Position numbers and translations under genes: made by a program | The notes under the pieces: generated by a model | Databases searched by the model: none | Seen by the model: the letters and a program-made list of their open reading frames with translations, nothing else | What the model was told of the DNA's origin: nothing | In this document: positions 41,426-53,259 of the stretch, one piece after another | How the letters are laid out: every line of letters starts with the position of its first letter | Position numbering within the stretch: position 1 is the first letter of the stretch | Origin: Breznakia sp. | GTDB lineage: Bacteria > Bacillota_I > Bacilli_A > Erysipelotrichales > Erysipelotrichaceae | Reading direction: 5' to 3' | DNA length: 64,000 nt | Assembly: GCA_047973225.1 (NCBI GenBank) | Contig: JBKEBQ010000023.1 | Coordinates: 1 to 64,000 of the forward strand

Positions 41426-42856
41426 CTACTTGCATAATTCTCTATAAAGTTTTCGATATCGCTTTGCAGATTGTGCCCAACTGACTTTTTTATCCATTGC
41501 ATTTTTTTGAATGGCTTTATATATCGTTGGTGTTTGATATACTTGTAAAGCCCTAAGAATCGCTTGATAAAAATCATTTCCATCATATCTTGCAAATGTA
41601 AATCCAGTACCGCTCCTATCATATTGATTATAAGGGATTACCGTATCCTTTAATCCTCCTGTTTCTCTTACAATTGGCAAACATCCATAACGCATAGCAA
41701 TCAATTGCGAGATGCCACAAGGTTCGAAATAGGAAGGCATCAAAAACAAATCTGCTGCTGCATACAATTGATGCGCTAAACCTTCATTATACCCTTTGTA
41801 AAAAACAAAATTATCATACACCGACTCAAAATATGCTAATTTTTGTTCGTATACATCATCACCGGATCCTAAAATCATAAGTTGTACGGGCAATTCTAAT
41901 AATCGTGGTAAGATATCAAGCACAAGCTGAATACCCTTTTGTTTGCTTAAACGCGTGACAGCAACAAGCAATGGTATATCTTCAGTAACTGTCAAACCAT
42001 ATCCTTTTTGTAATGTACACTTATTTATTATCTTATTAGAAAGTGTTTTTTTTGTGTATTTTTTTGTTAGATGGCGGTCCTTTTGTGGATTCCACATTTG
42101 AATATCAATCCCATTGACAATTCCGATTAAATCCATCTTCTTTAGACCCAACACGTATTCCATCTGCTCACCAAAGGTCACTGTCAAAATTTCTTCTGCA
42201 TAGGTCTTAGACACGGTTGTAACCTTATCGCTATAAAAAATCCCACCCTTCATAAAGCTCATACCATTATGAAAATTCACACTATTATCAGCCATCAAAT
42301 CTAGGGTTAAGCCAAAGCAATCGGTTAATACACTGGTTGGAAAGTTCCCTTGAAAAGCTAAATTATGAATCGTGTACACATGTTTTAGATGATTTATTTT
42401 ATCATGCCATTGATATAATGTTTTGGCCAAGACAGGCACCATTCCCGTATGCCAATCATGACAATGCAAAATATCATAACCATCTTTTTGTTTTAAAAGG
42501 AAATTCATCACTGCATGTTGAAAAAAAGCAAATCTTGCCCCATCATCCGCATAGCCATACAAATCTTCACGCTCAAAATATTGCTGGTTCTCGACAAAAT
42601 AAGTACTCACATGATTATGAACATGGCGAAAAATACGCGCTTTTTCATGGAACATCCCTTGTTGAATATCGATGTGGAATACAAATTCCATTTGTCCCAT
42701 ATACTTATCAATAATGCGTTTGTATAAAGGCATGAAAATATCCACATCAATATCTTTAGACTGCACACTGTGTGGCAAAGAACCTATAACATCAGCAAGT
42801 CCCCCACTTTTTACATAGGGCAACCCTTCACTAGCAACATGTAAAATTCGCATCAC
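41426..42856 (-). CDS. glgA: Glycogen synthase (ADP-glucose type)
   Basis: N-terminus [22 protein letters not shown], typical of GlgA. GT5 family, 476 aa. Confidence 0.9.
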   Translation of the reverse strand: MMRILHVASEGLPYVKSGGLADVIGSLPHSVQSKDIDVDIFMPLYKRIIDKYMGQMEFVFHIDIQQGMFHEKARIFRHVHNHVSTYFVENQQYFEREDLYGYADDGARFAFFQHAVMNFLLKQKDGYDILHCHDWHTGMVPVLAKTLYQWHDKINHLKHVYTIHNLAFQGNFPTSVLTDCFGLTLDLMADNSVNFHNGMSFMKGGIFYSDKVTTVSKTYAEEILTVTFGEQMEYVLGLKKMDLIGIVNGIDIQMWNPQKDRHLTKKYTKKTLSNKIINKCTLQKGYGLTVTEDIPLLVAVTRLSKQKGIQLVLDILPRLLELPVQLMILGSGDDVYEQKLAYFESVYDNFVFYKGYNEGLAHQLYAAADLFLMPSYFEPCGISQLIAMRYGCLPIVRETGGLKDTVIPYNQYDRSGTGFTFARYDGNDFYQAILRALQVYQTPTIYKAIQKNAMDKKVSWAQSAKRYRKLYRELCK

Positions 42857-43992
42857 ACAACATTCCCCCTATTTACATAAATAATATTTTTCTTATCACC
42901 TATAAGCTCTTTCACGTTTTTTACTTTTACATTTTTATCAATCACTGCATGATTGATGTTCGCACCAGATGCAATATAAGCATCTCCAATCACCACACTA
43001 TTACGTACGCTTGCGCCTGCTTCAATGACAACATTACGACCAATAAAACAATTCTCTATTTCACCTAAAATTTTAGATCCATTTGAAACCGATGAATTGG
43101 TTACTTTTGCGTCTTTTCCATAATAGACAGGTGGCGAATCATAAGTTCTTGTAAGTATTGGCCAATTTGTGACAAAGAAATTTTTCGCATATTGATAATC
43201 TATCATGGCCATATGGGCTTTGAAATATTGGTCTAAATTATTGATGGCCATGACTTCTCTACGAACCGATTGCCCTTTTACAACCAGCTCACTCAATCCA
43301 TCCGCAACGATTTTATCCAACCAATAACAACTACTCGTTTGACGCGCTTGACGAATCAAATCCACAAACAGTGCTTTTTTCATTACATAACAATCCAGTG
43401 CTACATTACGATTTTTATACTTTCCATAATTTCGTTCAATTCTTTCTACACGCTTGTCTTCATCCATGATAAGCGTATTGCATTCCATAAACTGCTCGCG
43501 ACACGCATTAGAGTTTTTATAAAGCATCGTAATATCTGCTTTTGAGGCAATATGCTCTTCCACCAAATGATTATAGTCATGAATATATACAAAATAACTA
43601 GAAGCAATCAATACATATTCTTCAGGAGCATTGATGATATGCTCCAAATTATCCCAAAAACAATTGATATCCGTATTATAAATATCCGTTCTGAATTCAG
43701 CTTCGCGGTGCATAATGGTAATACGGTCACGCTTGGAATTAATATTGTACTGACGACCACTTCCAATATGCGTAAACACCGATCGCTGTTTTCTATTTAC
43801 ATTGATATGAATATTCGAAATATCGGAATTGGTCATATTCGAAATAACAAAATCCATCAAACGAAAACGTCCGCAAAAAGAAATAGAAGGAATGGGACGA
43901 TAAATAGAAAGTCCTTCAATATTTACATGTTTATCATCAAATTTTATGATTCCTAAGACATCGTTCATAATTCCACCTTCTGATCTTTCCAA
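42853..43992 (-). CDS. glgD: Glucose-1-phosphate adenylyltransferase regulatory subunit GlgD
   Basis: GlgC paralogue without the catalytic G-rich loop. Left-handed beta-helix C-terminus. Located between glgC and glgA as in Firmicute glg operons. Confidence 0.75.
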   Translation of the reverse strand: MERSEGGIMNDVLGIIKFDDKHVNIEGLSIYRPIPSISFCGRFRLMDFVISNMTNSDISNIHINVNRKQRSVFTHIGSGRQYNINSKRDRITIMHREAEFRTDIYNTDINCFWDNLEHIINAPEEYVLIASSYFVYIHDYNHLVEEHIASKADITMLYKNSNACREQFMECNTLIMDEDKRVERIERNYGKYKNRNVALDCYVMKKALFVDLIRQARQTSSCYWLDKIVADGLSELVVKGQSVRREVMAINNLDQYFKAHMAMIDYQYAKNFFVTNWPILTRTYDSPPVYYGKDAKVTNSSVSNGSKILGEIENCFIGRNVVIEAGASVRNSVVIGDAYIASGANINHAVIDKNVKVKNVKELIGDKKNIIYVNRGNVV

Positions 43993-45098
43993 ATCAATTC
44001 TACCGGTTCATCATCTTTCACAATAATCTCTACATTTTCATGAACAACCACATCTTCAGCGATAATCAGACGTCTTACATTCGCCCCTTTTTTTATAACT
44101 GCACTAGGTAAAACAACACAATCTTTTACGGTTGCTCCTTCTTCAATGACAACATCATTGAAAATAACTGAATTTTCTACTTTACCACCGACTATGCTTC
44201 CCTGACCCAACATAATGTTGTGAATCTGTGCCGTCTGTAAAATATATTGTGGGGGATTTGTGGTATCTTTTGAATACACACGCCAATTGGCATCATCGAT
44301 ATCAACACCTTTCCCATTTAAGATGTCCATATTACTTTCCCATAAGCTCTCCAACGTACCAACATCTTTCCAATACCCTTTGAATCGATAAGCTTGCAGT
44401 TTCTCTTTGTTTTCTAAAAAAGCAGGAATGATATTCTTACCAAAATCATGTTCAGAAGTATCATCACGCATATCTTTTTGTAAGTAGCGTTTTAATTTTT
44501 TCCAATTAAAGAAATAAATCCCCATGGATGCTAAATTACTTTTTGGTTTTTTTGGCTTTTCTTCAAAATCTATGATCTGATCCGTATCGTTTGTATTCAT
44601 AATCCCAAACCGTTGTGCCTCTTTCATCGTTACCTCCAAAACGGCAATCGTCAAATCCGCATCGCTGGACTTATGACACTCCAACATTTTAGAATAATCC
44701 ATATTATAGATATGATCTCCTGATAAAATCAATATGTAATCGGGATCATGTTGATCTATGAAATCAATATTTTGCGATATTGCATCGGCGGTTCCACGAT
44801 ACAAATCAAAACCTTCATGTCTTTCTCTTGGTGCTAATACAAACGCTCCACCATCAAAGGTATCCAATCCCCACCGTGCTCCTTCTGAAACATAAGAGTT
44901 CAAAAGAACCGATTCATATTGTGTTAAAACGCCTACTGTATCAATTCCTGAATTCGCACAATTGCTTAAGGGAAAGTCAATAATACGATATTGTCCTCCA
45001 AAAAAAACCGCTGGTTTCGCAATCCGCTCCGTCAATTGATGCAGTCTACTTCCTCTACCACCGGCTAAAATCATTGCCAAAATTTTTTCTTGTTTCAT
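43965..45098 (-). CDS. glgC: Glucose-1-phosphate adenylyltransferase
   Basis: [42 protein letters not shown], a canonical GlgC N-terminus. Confidence 0.9.
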   Translation of the reverse strand: MKQEKILAMILAGGRGSRLHQLTERIAKPAVFFGGQYRIIDFPLSNCANSGIDTVGVLTQYESVLLNSYVSEGARWGLDTFDGGAFVLAPRERHEGFDLYRGTADAISQNIDFIDQHDPDYILILSGDHIYNMDYSKMLECHKSSDADLTIAVLEVTMKEAQRFGIMNTNDTDQIIDFEEKPKKPKSNLASMGIYFFNWKKLKRYLQKDMRDDTSEHDFGKNIIPAFLENKEKLQAYRFKGYWKDVGTLESLWESNMDILNGKGVDIDDANWRVYSKDTTNPPQYILQTAQIHNIMLGQGSIVGGKVENSVIFNDVVIEEGATVKDCVVLPSAVIKKGANVRRLIIAEDVVVHENVEIIVKDDEPVELIWKDQKVEL

Positions 45099-45168
45099 GC
45101 TATGCTGGCCTCCTTACCCTTATTATACACCGAAATCACTCCCATATACCGATTGATTTTGATTATTT

Positions 45169-47226
45169 CTATAATATGTATATCATACATGTATGTGCGC
45201 GCATACGTAATATCTTTTGTGCTGTCTGTTTGATTGCTTTGTCCCCATCAAAAATTAACGAAATACACTCATCAAATTCACGTACAACCTCTTGATTCGT
45301 TATATTCCATGCAATTACCACTGTCTGTGATTGCTTCGTTTGATGAAAATATAGAACTTGTGCAATCTCTTCAAAATCGTAAATATTATTAAAGGAGCGC
45401 AAAATTGGATAATCTTTTCTTAATTGGATAATATCTTTTGTGAAATCAACTACTTCTTGATAATTTTGCATTCTTTCCCAATGAATCGCATTGATAGCAT
45501 CGCTGCTTTGATAACTATTCGAAATTCCTTTTTTCTCACGACAAAATTCTTGCCCCAAAGCAATAAAAGGAATGCCTTTAGCAAGCAAAGTCGCAGCTAA
45601 CACCGATTTGTGTTTTTGGATGCGCGTTTCTTTAGAGTCAAAATGACAGCTCTTTTTGATCTTATCCCACAATGTGAGATTATCATGGCATTCACTATAA
45701 TGAATGCTTTGTTGCTCACTTAATGCAGCATAGGGGTTATGTCCCACCAAAGCTTTTTTCATATCTTCAAGTCTTGTTGCATCTCCTGTTAAAAAGCCAA
45801 GCTCATTAATATGGTAATCATCTGCACGACCCTTAATAACATCTCTAAAAAAGTCATCAAAAAATGCATAATTGGGTAGTTGTTGAGCATTATACATACT
45901 TGCCTTTTCACAATCGGCTAATGCTGTTGGCATTTTCCAGCCCTCTCCATACAATAAAATATCTGCTTTTATACTTCGTAATCCCACATCGATATATTGC
46001 ATTGTTTCAATATCTAAAATCCCCATCAAATCAAAACGAAAACCATCCACATCATAAAATTCTACATAGAATTTTAAAACATCAAGAATGTACCTACGAA
46101 ACATTCTTGCTTTGCTATTTAAATCATTCCCACAAAAGGAACCGTTTGATAAAGTATTATCCTCATTGTAGCGAAAATAATAATACGGTACACATATGTC
46201 AAAAGCTGATGTTTCCAATTCATATATATGGTTGAACACAACATCCACGATCACACGCATATCTTTTTTATGCATGTTTCTAACTAAGTTGTGAAATTCA
46301 CACATCCTCACACTTGCATCATTGGGATTGCTAGCATAGCTTCCTTCCAAGCTGAAATATTGAACAGGATCATAACCCCAATTGTAAAATTTTTGCGGAT
46401 TCCATTCATCCACTGTCGCAAAATCATGAATGGGCATCAGTTGTACATGACTTGCGCCAAGCGCAGCCAAGTAGTCAAAACCAACCGCTTGCGAATGCAA
46501 TGTTAGTCCCGTTTTGGTATAGGTTTCAAACGTTGCTGTTTGCGAAAGATCAAGAGCACTAGTAAAATCACGAACGCTTGTTTCAACGATTACCACATCT
46601 TGACAAGGTTTTGGTTCATAATGTTTTTTCACATTTAACTTGGTTATATCGATAATGGCATTTGCCTTACTATTAGCAATACCACTAATGCCATAGGGAT
46701 CTAAACTTTTTTTCACACTCCCACTTGTCTCGACAAGGTAATAATACGTATCCAAATGTCGATTTCCTTGCAACGTTAAATGATACACACCTTTTTCTTT
46801 TCTTGTTAATAGATGGTATTCAAGTTCATTGATAACCACCGTTACCTTCGTGGCAGTTGGTGCCCACAGATAAAAGGATGTGGTGTCTTCTGCAACGATT
46901 ACGCCCAAAGGCCCCTCATAAAAATATTGTTCATCAAACGCTTTTTTTGTAGTAACAAATCCCACTTCCAAAGGCGCAGATAATGCATGGGATTCATAAA
47001 CATCATATTTTTTAGACAAATCTAATATTTCGCTCAGCTGGCAAAAATAAGCATTATGCGTACTATGTTCATCACTACGTCTCATAATTTCTAAAGGATA
47101 TGTTTTCCCCTGCTCATCACACAAGTAAAAAGCGTGTGCCTGACCTCCATAATATTGCTTTGATAAGAAAATGTTTACCAGTGTAAAATCGTCAAGATAA
47201 GCTTCTAATGTTTTGGTTTTTCTCAT
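45169..47226 (-). CDS. pulA: Type I pullulanase / glycogen debranching enzyme (GH13)
   Basis: CBM48-like N-domain, then GH13 regions (DVVFNHIY, GFRFDLMG, YGEGW). The start was taken at the ATG forming an ATGA overlap with the glgP stop. Confidence 0.75.
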   Translation of the reverse strand: MRKTKTLEAYLDDFTLVNIFLSKQYYGGQAHAFYLCDEQGKTYPLEIMRRSDEHSTHNAYFCQLSEILDLSKKYDVYESHALSAPLEVGFVTTKKAFDEQYFYEGPLGVIVAEDTTSFYLWAPTATKVTVVINELEYHLLTRKEKGVYHLTLQGNRHLDTYYYLVETSGSVKKSLDPYGISGIANSKANAIIDITKLNVKKHYEPKPCQDVVIVETSVRDFTSALDLSQTATFETYTKTGLTLHSQAVGFDYLAALGASHVQLMPIHDFATVDEWNPQKFYNWGYDPVQYFSLEGSYASNPNDASVRMCEFHNLVRNMHKKDMRVIVDVVFNHIYELETSAFDICVPYYYFRYNEDNTLSNGSFCGNDLNSKARMFRRYILDVLKFYVEFYDVDGFRFDLMGILDIETMQYIDVGLRSIKADILLYGEGWKMPTALADCEKASMYNAQQLPNYAFFDDFFRDVIKGRADDYHINELGFLTGDATRLEDMKKALVGHNPYAALSEQQSIHYSECHDNLTLWDKIKKSCHFDSKETRIQKHKSVLAATLLAKGIPFIALGQEFCREKKGISNSYQSSDAINAIHWERMQNYQEVVDFTKDIIQLRKDYPILRSFNNIYDFEEIAQVLYFHQTKQSQTVVIAWNITNQEVVREFDECISLIFDGDKAIKQTAQKILRMRAHTCMIYIL

Positions 47227-49628
47227 GCATGCTCCACAACTTCTAAATCCCAAATCTCCCGGGCATATTCTTGAATGGTACGATCTGATGAAAAATAACC
47301 AGATTTAGCAATATTGATCAAACAACTCTGAATCCAAGCCTTTCGATTTTTATATCGTTTTTGAACTTGTTCTTGTGCTTCTACATACATCATAAAATCT
47401 TTTAATAAAAGATACTCGTCATTGTGATAAATCAATTCATCATAAATATTTTTAAACAATTCTAAATTGTCATTCAAATAACCATCGTGTAGCGCTTCTA
47501 CCACTTCTTGGATCCGTGGATGTTCTGCTAAAAATTGTATAGCATTATACCCATTTGCCTTGATTGCATTGACTTCTTCTACGGTATGCCCGAAGATAAC
47601 GGTATGTTCACGTGTTGCTAAGGCATCAATTTCAACATTGGCGCCATCAAGTGTCCCTAAGGTAAGTGCCCCATTCATCATAAACTTCATATTTCCTGTA
47701 CCGCTAGCTTCTTTTCCTGCCATAGATATCTGTTCGGAAACATCCGCTGCATTCAGCAATATTTCAGCAATACTAACACTATAATTAGGAATAAAGACAA
47801 CCTTAATAAAGGTATTATATTTTTTGTTTGTATTCACTTTATCCGCTACAACATTGATCAATTGAATCACACTTTTCGCAAAATGATAGGATGCTGCTGC
47901 TTTTCCTGCAAATATAAATACTTGTTGTTGACGATTAAAATTTGGATTCTTATCAATTTCTTGCATCAGATACAAAATATGTAAAACATTCAACAATTGA
48001 CGCTTATACGCATGAAACCGCTTTGCCTGTACATCAAAAATCGCATTTATATCTACTTCAATATGGCAATGCTTTTTGATGTACTCTGCTAAAATGATTT
48101 TCCTTTGTTTTTTTACATTCCAAAATTTCTCATGCAACTCTTCATCATCCACATATTGCATCAATTTGCTCAATGTTTCTGGTCGTTTTATAAAGTCACT
48201 ACCAATATATGATTCTAAAAGCTTCCGCAGTTGTGGATTTGTATACAATAACCATCGACGATGCGTAATTCCATTGGTTTTATTGTTGAACTTTTCTGGA
48301 TACAATACATAAAAGTCATGTAACGCATCTCGCTTTAAAATTTCCGTATGCAGTTTTGCAACACCGTTGACGCTGTGTGAGCCAACAATTGCTAAATGTG
48401 CCATATACACCAATCCGTCTCTCATAATGGATACTCTTGAGATAAAATTATGATCATATCCACCATCTTGTTGCAAGTGTTTTACAAAACGACGATTAAT
48501 TTCTTCAATGATGCTATACACTCTAGGAACTAGCTTTTGAATATACGCTTGTGGCCACTTTTCCAAAGCCTCATGAAGTATCGTATGATTGGTATACGCC
48601 ATACTCCGCTTGACAATATCAAAAGCTTCATCCCAGTTATATGCATATTCATCCATAAAAATTCTCATCAATTCAGGAATCCCCAAAACAGGATGTGTAT
48701 CGTTTAGTTGAATGGCAACCTTATCAGCAAAATTATCTAATGTTCCATACTTTCGTACGTGTGAGCCAACAATTCCTTGCAATCCTGCTGATGTGAAAAA
48801 ATATTGTTGCTTTAATCGTAAATATTTTCCTTTTTCACTGGAATCGTCTGGATATAAATTTTGATTGATTTCACTCACTGCACGTAAATAATGTTGTAAG
48901 TTTGAATTACTCAGCATATTTTCAGAAGGTTCTGCACGCCAAAGGCGTAAAGTGTTGGTAGTCTTTGTATCTCTTCCAATAATGGGCATATCATAAGGAA
49001 CTGCTTGCACTACTTGTGCATTGACATGTTCAACAACAATTTTATCATGATCATCCTTATGCATTTCAATATCGCCCCAAAATTTCACTTCTACTGTATG
49101 ACGCGGTTTTCTTACTTCCCAAACATTTCCATATTTTAACCATTGATCTAGTACTTCTACTTGTTTTTCATCTACAATTTTCTGTTTGAAAAGTCCATAA
49201 TCATAGCGAATACATTGTCCATGTCCGACATAGCCTTGAGAGGCTAGTGAATCCATGAAGCAGGCAGCAAGTCTACCTAGTCCACCATTCCCTAAACCTG
49301 CATCACTTTCCATTTCTTCGAGTTCATTCAAATCAATATCCAAATCTGACAATCCTTCTTTCACTATGTCATAAATGCCTAAATTCATTAAATTATTGGT
49401 TAAAAGTCTTCCCATTAAAAATTCCATGGAAAAATAAAACAATTGTTTACTTTGCTTTTGATCCACGATTTCTTTACTTGTTTTCCAAGCAAGTGAATCA
49501 TAATCTTTTACCAACTCTCCTAAAACTGTGTAACGCTCAATCACATTTGATTTTATCAAGTCATGTCCAAAATGTGCAATCATTCGATCCTCAAATATAC
49601 TTTTAAATTCTTCTTTTGTCTTAAACAT
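47223..49628 (-). CDS. glgP: Glycogen/alpha-glucan phosphorylase
   Basis: 801 aa GT35 enzyme with the PLP-site EASGTGNMKFMMNGALTLGTLDGANVE. Confidence 0.9.
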   Translation of the reverse strand: MFKTKEEFKSIFEDRMIAHFGHDLIKSNVIERYTVLGELVKDYDSLAWKTSKEIVDQKQSKQLFYFSMEFLMGRLLTNNLMNLGIYDIVKEGLSDLDIDLNELEEMESDAGLGNGGLGRLAACFMDSLASQGYVGHGQCIRYDYGLFKQKIVDEKQVEVLDQWLKYGNVWEVRKPRHTVEVKFWGDIEMHKDDHDKIVVEHVNAQVVQAVPYDMPIIGRDTKTTNTLRLWRAEPSENMLSNSNLQHYLRAVSEINQNLYPDDSSEKGKYLRLKQQYFFTSAGLQGIVGSHVRKYGTLDNFADKVAIQLNDTHPVLGIPELMRIFMDEYAYNWDEAFDIVKRSMAYTNHTILHEALEKWPQAYIQKLVPRVYSIIEEINRRFVKHLQQDGGYDHNFISRVSIMRDGLVYMAHLAIVGSHSVNGVAKLHTEILKRDALHDFYVLYPEKFNNKTNGITHRRWLLYTNPQLRKLLESYIGSDFIKRPETLSKLMQYVDDEELHEKFWNVKKQRKIILAEYIKKHCHIEVDINAIFDVQAKRFHAYKRQLLNVLHILYLMQEIDKNPNFNRQQQVFIFAGKAAASYHFAKSVIQLINVVADKVNTNKKYNTFIKVVFIPNYSVSIAEILLNAADVSEQISMAGKEASGTGNMKFMMNGALTLGTLDGANVEIDALATREHTVIFGHTVEEVNAIKANGYNAIQFLAEHPRIQEVVEALHDGYLNDNLELFKNIYDELIYHNDEYLLLKDFMMYVEAQEQVQKRYKNRKAWIQSCLINIAKSGYFSSDRTIQEYAREIWDLEVVEHA

Positions 49629-51426
49629 AATCCTTACCTTTCATTTTTTTAAAAACAATAGCGCCAAAGGGGGCAATACGAATATCCATGTAATGATCAT
49701 ATCCCATCAAATGTCCATGTATTGTTTTTAATGCTTGATAATTGCACATATTACAACCATCGTAAATATCTTTCTCACTATTCATTACTTCCCAATATGT
49801 TCCTGACGCGGGTACTGGTATATGATAACTTTCATAGCTAACCCCTGTCATATTCAATACAACGATGAGCGTTTCATCATGAGAAATTCTAAGATAACTA
49901 AAGATGCTTAGCTCAGCATTGTTTACATCCAACCAACAAAAACCATCATTATGATAATCTTTTTCCCATAAAGAACCATGATGTAAATAGATTTGATTCA
50001 TATCTTTCATAAACCGTTTAAATGCGTGATGTTTGGGATAGTCCAGTAAAAACCAATCCAAACTTTTCTTTTCGTCCCACTCCCTGAAGTGTGCCAACTC
50101 ATTACCCATGAAATTTAATTTTTTTCCTGGATGAGTCATCATGTATACATATAAATTTTTGAGCAATGCAAACTTTTGTTCGTATGTCCCCCACATCTTA
50201 TCGATGATGTTTTTTTTCCCATGAACCACTTCGTCATGAGAGAGTGGCAAAATAAATTTTTCACTATGGAAATACGCCATACTAAACGATAGTTGATGAT
50301 GATGGAATCGTTTGTGAATAGGATCTAATCCATAATATTTTAAGGTGTCATTCATCCATCCTAAATCCCATTTATAATCAAATCCCAACCCTCCAAAACA
50401 CACCGGTGTGCATACATGTCCATAATCACTAGAATCTTCTGCAATCAGTATGGCATTAGGAAAGCGTTGTTTTAATTGTTCGTTCATTGTTTTTAAAAAG
50501 TGCAATCCGTTCTCATTCAGTCCATAATCTTTACGGCCCTGGCGATGGATTAAATTGGAAACTGCATCCATACGCACACCATCTATATGACAAGTATCTA
50601 GCCAATAGGCAACGCTAGAAATAAAAAAGTTTTGCACACTCAGCTTACTATAATCAAAAAATAAGGTTCCCCACTCGCTTTCCTGATGTTCTTCATACAG
50701 TGTTGTGCCATCAAAAAGGCGTAGACCATGTTCATCTTTCACAAAATGTGTAGGGACAATGTCTAATAATACAGCTATATTGGCTTGATGGAATATATCA
50801 ATCATTTCTTTAAACTGACACAAAGATCCATAACGTGATGTTATGGAATAAAAACCTGTCACTTGATATCCCCAAGAACCATCAAATGGATGTTCCATGA
50901 TGGGCATCAATTCGACAACGTTATACCCCATATCTCGAAGGTAGGGAATGAGTTGATATGCCAAAGCTACATAATCACTTATGCCATCTCGCCAACTACC
51001 AACATGAAGTTCATAAATATTCATTGGACTTTTAAGCTTGATTGTTTGCTTTTGCATCCATGCTTGATCTTGAAACATGTAATCATCAATTGCCACTACC
51101 TTACTTGCTAGATTGGGACGAACTTCATGATAAAACCCATAAGGATCACACTTTTCATGATAATCATGATCACTCGTGAAGATGGCATATTTATACGTAT
51201 CCCATTGTCTAATGCCTTCTATCCACAATTCAAAAATACCACTATCGTCAAGCCGATACATTCTATATTGGTGATAATTCCAATGATTAAAATCGCCCGC
51301 AACACTTACCTGCGTAGCATTTGGTGCATAGACGCGAAACACCACACCATTCCCTTTAATATGAGCACCGAAATAATGATACGCATCGCATATCAACTCA
51401 TTTTGGTAATTTCTATAGTTTGTCAT
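49621..51426 (-). CDS. glgB: 1,4-alpha-glucan branching enzyme (short form)
   Basis: CBM48 plus GH13 catalytic core (GVRMDAV, HDEVVHGK). 601 aa without the N-terminal extension. ATGA overlap with malQ. Confidence 0.85.
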   Translation of the reverse strand: MTNYRNYQNELICDAYHYFGAHIKGNGVVFRVYAPNATQVSVAGDFNHWNYHQYRMYRLDDSGIFELWIEGIRQWDTYKYAIFTSDHDYHEKCDPYGFYHEVRPNLASKVVAIDDYMFQDQAWMQKQTIKLKSPMNIYELHVGSWRDGISDYVALAYQLIPYLRDMGYNVVELMPIMEHPFDGSWGYQVTGFYSITSRYGSLCQFKEMIDIFHQANIAVLLDIVPTHFVKDEHGLRLFDGTTLYEEHQESEWGTLFFDYSKLSVQNFFISSVAYWLDTCHIDGVRMDAVSNLIHRQGRKDYGLNENGLHFLKTMNEQLKQRFPNAILIAEDSSDYGHVCTPVCFGGLGFDYKWDLGWMNDTLKYYGLDPIHKRFHHHQLSFSMAYFHSEKFILPLSHDEVVHGKKNIIDKMWGTYEQKFALLKNLYVYMMTHPGKKLNFMGNELAHFREWDEKKSLDWFLLDYPKHHAFKRFMKDMNQIYLHHGSLWEKDYHNDGFCWLDVNNAELSIFSYLRISHDETLIVVLNMTGVSYESYHIPVPASGTYWEVMNSEKDIYDGCNMCNYQALKTIHGHLMGYDHYMDIRIAPFGAIVFKKMKGKDYV

Positions 51427-52871
51427 AGGGTATCCTTTTTGAAAATTTCTAACAACTCTTCAATATTTGCAAAAGAAGCTAAATGATAACGCCAATTGTT
51501 GCCACCTATCGTAGAAGGTATATTGATTCTTGCTTCATCCCCTAAGAATAATAAATCAAATAAGGGAATAATCACCTGTTCTGCATCACTTGCCAAACAC
51601 AGATTTAATAAATTGGTCATAACATCATCAGCTGGTGTTTTGTCCATAAAATAATGATAAATTTGATTTTTTTGTTCGGCAGATAGACTCATATAAAACC
51701 CAAGTAAGGTTTGATTATCGTGGGTGCCACTAAATAAAACTGTATTGGTATTTCGTAATTTGAAGATTTCTTCTTTTTCCCAATCAAACATAAATTGTAA
51801 AACACTCATGCCGCGTAAATTATAATGTGCGCGTAAGCGCTCTACGCCTTCATTCAATAATCCCAAATCTTCGACAACTAGTTTTATGTCTGGCATGTTT
51901 TTATAAAGGGTATCAAAAAAGTTATAAGATGGTCCTGGTATCCACTTTCCATCAATAGCACTTTGCGCATCTCCTGGGATGGCCCAAAAAGTATCAAATC
52001 CACGGAAATGGTCAAGACGGACAACATCATATAATTCTTCTTGATAACGAATTCTTTTTAACCAAAATTCATAATTGTTTTGCGCCAATACATCCCACCG
52101 ATAAATTGGATTCCCCCACAATTGACCATCTTTTGAAAAGTAGTCTGGTGGAACTCCTGCTTTGAACATCATTTTCTTTCCATCCAAATAAAACTTATCT
52201 TGGTTGTAGTATACATCAGCAGAATCATATCCCACATAAAATGGTAAATCCCCCATAATGCTAACACCATGTTCATGTGCCATCTTTTTGACTTGTAACC
52301 ATTGCCTCATAAATGTATATTGGGAAAAAAGATGATATCCATACAAATCTTTCATGATTTCATTTTCCAAATTAAAAGGTTCGTGAAATTCATCCCAACT
52401 TACATTGTTGTGAAACTCTTTTAACACTAAAAATTCAACCGTCCGCACAACCAAAGGATACGTTCTTAAAAAGTTTAAATACCCTTTGTTGCTAGGTAAA
52501 CCATCTTTTACAATATCATATATTTGACGTATATATTTGCGTTTATGCGCTTTCACTATCCCATAATCAATATATTGCGTATAAGCGATTTCTTCTACCG
52601 CAAACGAGCACTCATAAAAAGCAAACAATTCCTTTATATCCACATACATTTCATCTCCTCCATAAGAGGATACTGCTTGATACGGAGAATCCATAAAACC
52701 GGTAATGTTGAGTGGTAAAATCTGCCAAGTTTTGATCTTGGTTCTACCCAAATACCAAATAAATTGTTTACTACTTCCAAAATCGCCAATCCCATATTTA
52801 CTCGGTAACGAAAATATTGGACACATAACGCCTAAATTAGGATGATTGTTTATCAAATGTTCTTTTGCCAT
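51423..52871 (-). CDS. malQ: 4-alpha-glucanotransferase (amylomaltase, GH77)
   Basis: GH77 motifs (GDLPFYV, VRLDHFRGF). The start was moved to the internal ATG (MAKEHL), preceded by a strong SD AAGGGGGAAAT. Confidence 0.8.
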   Translation of the reverse strand: MAKEHLINNHPNLGVMCPIFSLPSKYGIGDFGSSKQFIWYLGRTKIKTWQILPLNITGFMDSPYQAVSSYGGDEMYVDIKELFAFYECSFAVEEIAYTQYIDYGIVKAHKRKYIRQIYDIVKDGLPSNKGYLNFLRTYPLVVRTVEFLVLKEFHNNVSWDEFHEPFNLENEIMKDLYGYHLFSQYTFMRQWLQVKKMAHEHGVSIMGDLPFYVGYDSADVYYNQDKFYLDGKKMMFKAGVPPDYFSKDGQLWGNPIYRWDVLAQNNYEFWLKRIRYQEELYDVVRLDHFRGFDTFWAIPGDAQSAIDGKWIPGPSYNFFDTLYKNMPDIKLVVEDLGLLNEGVERLRAHYNLRGMSVLQFMFDWEKEEIFKLRNTNTVLFSGTHDNQTLLGFYMSLSAEQKNQIYHYFMDKTPADDVMTNLLNLCLASDAEQVIIPLFDLLFLGDEARINIPSTIGGNNWRYHLASFANIEELLEIFKKDTL

Positions 52872-53259
52872 ATTTCCCCCTTTGCTCGTTACTATCATTG
52901 CTTTATATATATACATTATATCATACTGCAACCAAAACAGCAGAACAATTATCGGCATACTATAAGAGCTTTCAAAATAGGTTTATAGCTACGATCTACC
53001 TCCTTTCTATTGCTTTAATTATATTTTTTCTGACATTAGTGATACTTTCTACAGCACTAAGCATAACATTACAAGACTACATGATCTTTTGAAAACACGC
53101 TACAAAAAGAAAGTGCTTACATTCAGTTGAATAGTACAAGAAAAAAACTAATAAGTGCAAAATAAAATGAAATGAAAATGGTATATTAATAGTAATAGGG
53201 TTCAAAAATATTGTACTGAAGGGTTCACAGGACAGAAATGGGAGGAGAAAAAGAAAAAA

